A DNA stretch of 53,607 nt, the filler included, from Squatina squatina (Eukaryota), in NCBI GenBank assembly GCA_031763465.1. It is 3 parts of 3 records of this genome, joined end to end, with 100 filler letters (N's around TTAATTAATTAA, not from the genome) between each part and the next. Parts side by side here need not be neighbours in the genome. Positions count along the whole stretch, not along the records: positions 39,890 to 53,607 come from JARFOE010000219.1; 2 more parts are not named here. One strand, given 5' to 3'. Position 1 is the stretch's first letter. Every line of letters starts with the position of its first letter. The position numbers and the translations under genes are program-made. Under the pieces are notes generated by a model that saw only the letters and a list, made by a program, of their open reading frames with translations, searched no databases and was not told the origin of the DNA. Of this stretch, positions 47,301-53,607 are shown piece by piece.

Positions 47301-50300
47301 NNNNNNNNNNNNNNNNNNNNNNNNNNNNNNNNNNNNNNNNNNNNNNNNNNNNNNNNNNNNNNNNNNNNNNNNNNNNNNNNNNNNNNNNNNNNNNNNNNNN
47401 NNNNNNNNNNNNNNNNNNNNNNNNNNNNNNNNNNNNNNNNNNNNNNNNNNNNNNNNNNNNNNNNNNNNNNNNNNNNNNNNNNNNNNAAATAATAACAAAA
47501 AAAATTTTGAAATTAAAAAAGACTTTTAAAATGTTTAAAACATACCTGAATGGGAATGGTTTTAAAGTAATGTACCATTCATTTGTTTGATTTTTACATT
47601 TTTAATAACCCTTACGCTGGTAAAACCAAGCATGTACGCTTGGTTTTACCATGCATAAAAAAGTTAAAGAGATTTCCACGGGCAAGAGTTGAGAAAATAT
47701 CGCAACTCTCTCGCTGGAAGTCTCTTTTCTAGTAGAAGTGGATGATCTGTCAAGCCAAACCTTGACAAATTGCAAGTTCCGGATCTCTGGGCATGCGCAG
47801 TGCAGCCTGAGATTCGGAACTTGTGAGGTCCCCCCGGGTGCGTGGGAACGAGGTAAACAACCGGGGGGATTGCAATTTCAGCCCCATTAGTTTATTAATA
47901 GTCACTTTGTGGTGGTTGCAACTACCGCTGCCTGATTTATGAGGCAATGATGTTATAAGAGTTATTGAACAGCTCCCAAGGTTTATTTTCAGTATAAACA
48001 TCAAAATACTGTATGATACAATATTTTGCAAGTTTAAGACAGTACAAAGCTATCAGCAGAGGAAGCATGTGTAATAGTAAATATTATAAATAATGGCGAT
48101 CTTAACCTTTAATATTCATATAAAATAAATCCTACCGCATTTTTAAATCCATTGCCACATTCACTTTAACCTTAGCTATGCACCGCAACAATCTTGGTTC
48201 ATTGAGGAGAATCAAGAAATAGGAGTTAAAACAACATCATATGTATTATAGTTATGAAATTCACATACTTTCTAACGTTACACATTTTAGCAATGACCCA
48301 CACTTGATGAATAGAAGCACATCGCAGTTTGTAAAGCAAAAAGACCAGGCATACATCTGAGAAAGAAAAATCTTTACATCTCATCCTCTACTGCCTCTTA
48401 TGCCAAGTTCAATTTAAGTATAACACCTGTTCCTACATCAGTTGAACATCATAAGCTAAAGTGGATCCTAGTTTGGGTTCAGTTTGTGATATACTTAAAT
48501 TATCTGACCCCCAGGATGATTTATTAGGAGCCTTTTGGTTCTTTTAGCATTTTGATGAGATCACATTTCTGTCTCTGTCTGATTTGGGAGAATTGTTGTA
48601 ATAAATAACTTGCAGTCGGTATTTAAACAGCAGTTGATTAATTGTAAGAAGATTCTTTAAAGTGAAATTAGCTTCCTTCCTTCCATATTCTGCCATTTTC
48701 TGATGTGATTTTCTTTGGCTGCACCCCACATGACAATGCACAATTTCGGTCATGCGNNNNNNNNNNNNNNNNNNNNNNNNNNNNNNNNNNNNNNNNNNNN
48801 NNNNNNNNNNNNNNNNNNNNNNNNNNNNNNNNNNNNNNNNNNNNNNNNNNNNNNNNCTGAGTCCAGTGTGCAAATTCCTCGCAAATGGAGGACTTGCACC
48901 TGCAGTGATCATGCAGGGAAAAGAACTGCCACTCAGCAGCCTTGTAAGACAACTTACTGTGAACATATACAAAAACAGAATGTACAGTGAGAAACAGCAA
49001 GCAGCCAGGACTTTTCATCAAAGAAGGAATTCCTTACAGGTCATGATTCAGATTGGATAAGTTATCCTGTTATTTTTACTGTTATCCTGGAAATTTCAAC
49101 CGAGTTTGGGCTTTAGCAAGGCTGTCAGTCTATGCAGGCCGTAGCTTCATCGCCTTATTATTTTTACAATTTAATATTTACAAAAACTTAACATCTTGTT
49201 TTTTTAAAATACCGCACAGCATGTATTTTAAAACTCCCACAGTGTAAGACACCATTTTAGTCATTATGCATACTTTAATTACAAACAGCAGACATTTAAT
49301 TCAAAGTTCGCAAAGATTTTACAATTATTCTATACTAATTAAAAACAATTAGGTTGCATAAAGGAATTTTACACCACAGCCATGAGGACAGTAGGAAATA
49401 TTATTTAAACGTTATTAGAATTAAGTGAAACCTACCGGTCTATTACAGACCCATGATTTGACAGGCTCTCTGCAGGGAATCTTACATTAACAGGCACATT
49501 GGTAATTAAATCATTTGTTACTTTGTAATGTTCTAATGTTTCACACATACTCTGTCAGAGCTCTTTGCCTAGATCAGAGCTAATCAAAGGTAATCAATTT
49601 TCAGCATTTTGAAATCTGTGAATGATTATACATTCATCAGATCATTTAGTGGAGTGCACAAAAAGTGAAATGCATTTCATCTTCCAACATGTCGCAGAAT
49701 TATCGCTACAGATTTCAATAGTTATAATTAATTTCACCATCTCGCTGTGAATTTTTTGAGCACTTCTCTTGTGAGTTATCAACAATGATTTAATGCAAGT
49801 ATTTACAAAGCAAACACATCACTGAACTACATAAATGCAAGCAGATGTGCAACAACAGGCAGTTATCAGAGTTCTCATTTAGGTTATAATTGTGTTTTAA
49901 TTTACCTGCAGTCAATTGGTTGGTGCAAATATAAAGCTTTCCCACTGAAATGCTGATAAAGCTAGAATCGGAAGTAGAACACGAGAAATAATCTTCAGAA
50001 GAATAATTTTGACATTTATACAAACGTTAAGGCACAAAGAACAACCAAATGGGATAATGTTAATAAAAGTTCCATGTGAAATTAAAATTTTTTTTAATTC
50101 ATTATAATAAAAGAGAGTGATACACAGCAAGCGACAGATTGTTTTGATAAAGATACTGCTCCTCAACACAACTATTCTCCACTTCAATGTTCCCTTAATG
50201 TTAGTCTTGGTACCTTTACAGAAAAAACTACATACTATATATATATTTAGCTTATAAAGATTAATTTTTAATTTGATGACTTCATAGTAATTCCATCCAT

Positions 50301-50546
50301 TACAGAGAAACAAGTGTNNNNNNNNNNNNNNNNNNNNNNNNNNNNNNNNNNNNNNNNNNNNNNNNNNNNNNNNNNNNNNNNNNNNNNNNNNNNNNNNNNN
50401 NNNNNNNNNNNNNNNNNTATCAGGAAATCCTGTGCACAGGCCCTTATTTTCTGTCCCAAATATATACTCTTTGCTGTCTACAAAACGAACGCCAGAATTA
50501 CACAATGTCACTATTAGCATAAAAAACATAGTTTAAGTTGTGCCTG

Positions 50547-50573
50547 GAGAGAAAGAGAGAGAGAGGGAGAGAG
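50547..50573 (+). repeat. (GA)n microsatellite, imperfect
   Basis: gagagaaagagagagagagggagagag. Confidence 0.8.
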
Positions 50574-51579
50574 TGGGTGATTGTTTTTTGAAAAAGGAAA
50601 TATGATTTCCCTTACCCTTAGCATTTAGAGTAACTGGTCAATTCAAACAAAAGAAAATTCTTAAATGAATCAACAAGGTTTCCAGGGAAGGTATATCAGA
50701 CTGAAACCATTTCAGAATTTCTTAAATATCACACCAACTGTGGGCCTCCACTAGCCCATTCACAACAAGTGATGCCTGTATTTGTCCAACATTGGTTTTA
50801 GAAGTGACATATCAATGACCTAATGTAAACTGCAGAGCAGGAAGTTTCTGCTTAAGATTGCCATTTGTGCTTAATCTTCCTATTCTTCGTGAAACAGCTN
50901 NNNNNNNNNGGAAGAGGCTTGGTACCTAAAAGAGGGATGTGGACTCAGCTGGAAATCTCAAGATCAATTAACTGTGGGATAGCCATTCAACCTCCACTCA
51001 GCAAGCTGAAAAGATAAGAATATGTTAAAGGAGTGTGCACGGTAAAAAGAAGATTAAGTAATAAGGACACAATTTTGTGGAATCATTGCATAAGTAGTCC
51101 CAGGGAAAAATGTAGGAGTGGATGCACTGGGATTAAAGGCAGGAATTGCATCTAATAGGCTTGATTTTATCTTAAGTAGAAATGTTTGACAAAGTGTTAG
51201 AGGTTAAAAAAAAGGGGAATCTAGGAATTACAGGTATATGAATGCACACATTGAAGTACATTTTCTGCTCCCATCCTTGGCTGTATTGTTTTTCAGAGTT
51301 GATTAAGTTCATTTTCTAGGTACATTTATTTGGTGCCACACTCAAATAACGCTGGGGCGAAAATTCCGNNNNNNNNNNNNNNNNNNNNNNNNNNNNNNNN
51401 NNNNNNNNNNNNNNNNNNNNNNNNNNNNNNNNNNNNNNNNNNNNNNNNNNNNNNNNNNNNNNNNNNNNAACTGTAACTTGCCGCTGAAAAGCTCGCAAAA
51501 AGTCTTTGGGCAGCTGTAAGCATAATGAACGGCGAGCGCCGCTCCTTCACCACTGACCACAAAATCCGGGCCATTGATT

Positions 51580-51665
51580 GAAGAGGGGTGGGAGGAGGCT
51601 CGTGTGGAGCATAAACTCCGACATAGACCAGTTGGGCCGAATGGTCTGTTTCCGTGCCATAGAGT
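51580..51665 (+). mobile_element. CR1-type 3' UTR fragment
   Basis: gggaggaggctcgtgtggagcataaac...ccagttgggccgaatggtctgtttccgtgc. Confidence 0.7.
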
Positions 51666-51769
51666 AAATGGAATGAAGTGAAGTGAAGGATGTTCTTAAA
51701 CAACTGAACTGATAACACAGGTTGCCGAAGTGGACCTTCTGAGCTGAATTCTCGGAGGCTTGTTCTGGA

Positions 51770-52211
51770 CAACAACAACAACTTGGATTTACATAGCTCC
51801 CTTAACGTAGTAAGATGTCCCACGGGGCTTCACAGGAGTGTTATCAATCAAATCTTGACATCGAGCCACAGAAGGAGAAATTAGGACAGGTGACCAAAAG
51901 CTTGGTAAAGGAGGTAGGTTTTAAAGAGCGTCGTAAAGGAGGAGAGAGAGGTAGAGAGGTTTAAGAAGAGAATTCCTGAGCTTAGGCCTTAGCAGCTGAA
52001 GGCACGGCCGCCAATGGTGGAGCAATTAAAGTTGGGAGAGGCCAGAATTGGAGGAGCACAGAGAGCGCAAGGTTATAGAGACAGGAAAGGGTGAGGCCAT
52101 GGTGGGATTGAAATCAAGGATGAGAATTTTTTAAATGAGGCTTTGCCAGATCGGGAGCCAATGTGGGTCAGTGAGAACAGGGGGTGATGGGTGAATGGGG
52201 GACTCGGTAGC
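51770..52211 (-). mobile_element. L2-type LINE 3' end
   Basis: (CAA)n tail + 'atttacatagctcccttaacgtagtaa...gcttcacagg'; homologous to 11625-12030 and complementary to 33735-34085. Confidence 0.8.
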
Positions 52212-52450
52212 TGTTGTGGGACAAATCACCACTCGGAGTCCTGGAAGACAGTCACGAAAGAATCTTTATTACAAGCATGTGGAAGATCACATGTAGGGGA
52301 GAATTCCATTCCCAGGAATCTCCCTGAGTTCAAGATGACATCGAGTTTTATACATGATCGAGAGTATCGAATTACTTCTCCTCTCCCGCCCCCACATCCT
52401 GTCATTCACCAATCGCATTATGCATTTAATTAGATGTGCTACCTCATAAT
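52212..52450 (-). mobile_element. Possible LTR fragment
   Basis: L2 homology stops abruptly at TGTTG. The minus strand shows TATAAAA (52346-52352), then AATAAAG (52264-52270), then ...CAACA, in U3-R-U5 order. No TSD found. Confidence 0.35.
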
Positions 52451-53423
52451 TGGAAGTAAGAGTTTATCACTAAGATAAATCCAAATCAGAAAATCTGATG
52501 TGGTGATAAAACTGCCTAAATTGATATCAATATCCAAGGTCGTCATTTTCTAATTGGTACTAAAATGTCAGATAAAGTTACCGGTTCTGAGAAAATAATG
52601 CTTAATAATGTAATCCAGAAATCAACAACCATTTAGAAAAAAAAAAGTTGTGCAAATGTAAATACAAGCTTCTTCATTAGCTTACTTTATTAAATGTGGG
52701 TGTTATGTAAAAAAAGTTTGGCCTGAAAATTACTGTTCGTAATATTAGTATATGTGCACTTAACAAGTTCTGATGACATGCCTCCGTCTGCTATTTACAC
52801 CAAAGCATTAATCTGTTTAAGATAAATGAGTTAAGGCCTATTTAAATAGCAGACAGAGGAATGGGAAACAAGCATGTAAAGGACTCAAACACTAATATCG
52901 CAAATTGGCATTTCTAGACTGCAATATTTAAACTAAAAAAAACAAATTATAAATGTGAGACAAAAACTAAATTAACTGCAGTGCAACTGGTGAGTGTGTT
53001 ACAAATGTGAAACTCATATTAGTTTCTGTGTTTTGAATCTTAGTGGTTATTAGTCATAACATACACTGAGAAACTGACTAATCAAAATATGGTATAATCC
53101 ACATTATTAAGCTGTAGCCCCCACAGTTGCCCATAATTAAATTCTGCCCACACATACACAGAAGCTAAAAGAACCATAACTGTGACAAATCATGTTACTC
53201 ACACCATCTATTTAACTTTGGTATATTTAACATTTTAGTGTAGAGGTCAATATCAGTAATGTATAGTTTGTTTAGTCATACTCAAGGCCTCTGCTCTCTT
53301 TTCTCTCACCCCCTGAATTCCTGCCAATCACACAGCCACAACTCAGGCAAAAATATCAGTTGCTTGCGTACATAAACTGCAAATTACTAACAATGATTGC
53401 TGCTAAATAATATCAAATATCCT

Positions 53424-53607
53424 TTAAATGTCCGTTCCCTTGCGAGCAAGGCCCTTCCCATCCATGAGCTTATCGAGGATGATGGCATCGACGTCGTGGC
53501 CCTAACGGAAACTTGGCTGAGGGGTGATGACACTTTACCCTTAAATGAAGCCTCCCCGCCTGGCTATACCTTCCACCACTTGCCCCACTCAGACTGTCAT
53601 GGTGGCA
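53424..53607 (+). mobile_element. L2-type LINE AP-endonuclease N-terminus (frameshifted, runs off the window)
   Basis: LNVRSLASKAL/IHELIEDDGIDVVALTETWLRGDDTLPLNEASPPGYTFHHLPHSDCHGG (NVRS, LTETWL, PPGY motifs). Confidence 0.85.

Overview
Vertebrate nuclear DNA, most likely a cartilaginous fish (DeuSINE/SacSINE1-like SINE, shark-type CR1/L2 repeats), from a fragmented assembly. Two artificial 100-nt spacers (44 N + TTAATTAATTAA + 44 N, at 21646-21745 and 39790-39889) split the window into three blocks that need not be neighbours in the genome. Block A (1-21645, many 100-N gaps) holds scattered exons of IREB2 (2 exons, +), HYKK (last exon, -), PSMA4 (first three coding exons, +) and a fibrillin of FBN2/FBN3 type (2 exons, +), plus SINE, LINE and MITE relics. 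Block B (21746-39789, gap-free) is a decaying tRNA-gene array: about ten tRNA-Ala-derived copies on the - strand and up to three tRNA-Gly relics on the + strand. They sit in ~1.2 kb tandem units with higher-order duplication, fixed-spacing flanking motifs and CR1 insertions. No copy looks like an intact canonical tRNA, and two share a precise T-arm deletion. Block C (39890-53607) is AT-rich intronic/intergenic sequence with LINE and LTR-like fragments and no recognisable exon. All calls are from reading the sequence and from recalled family knowledge; no searches were run.
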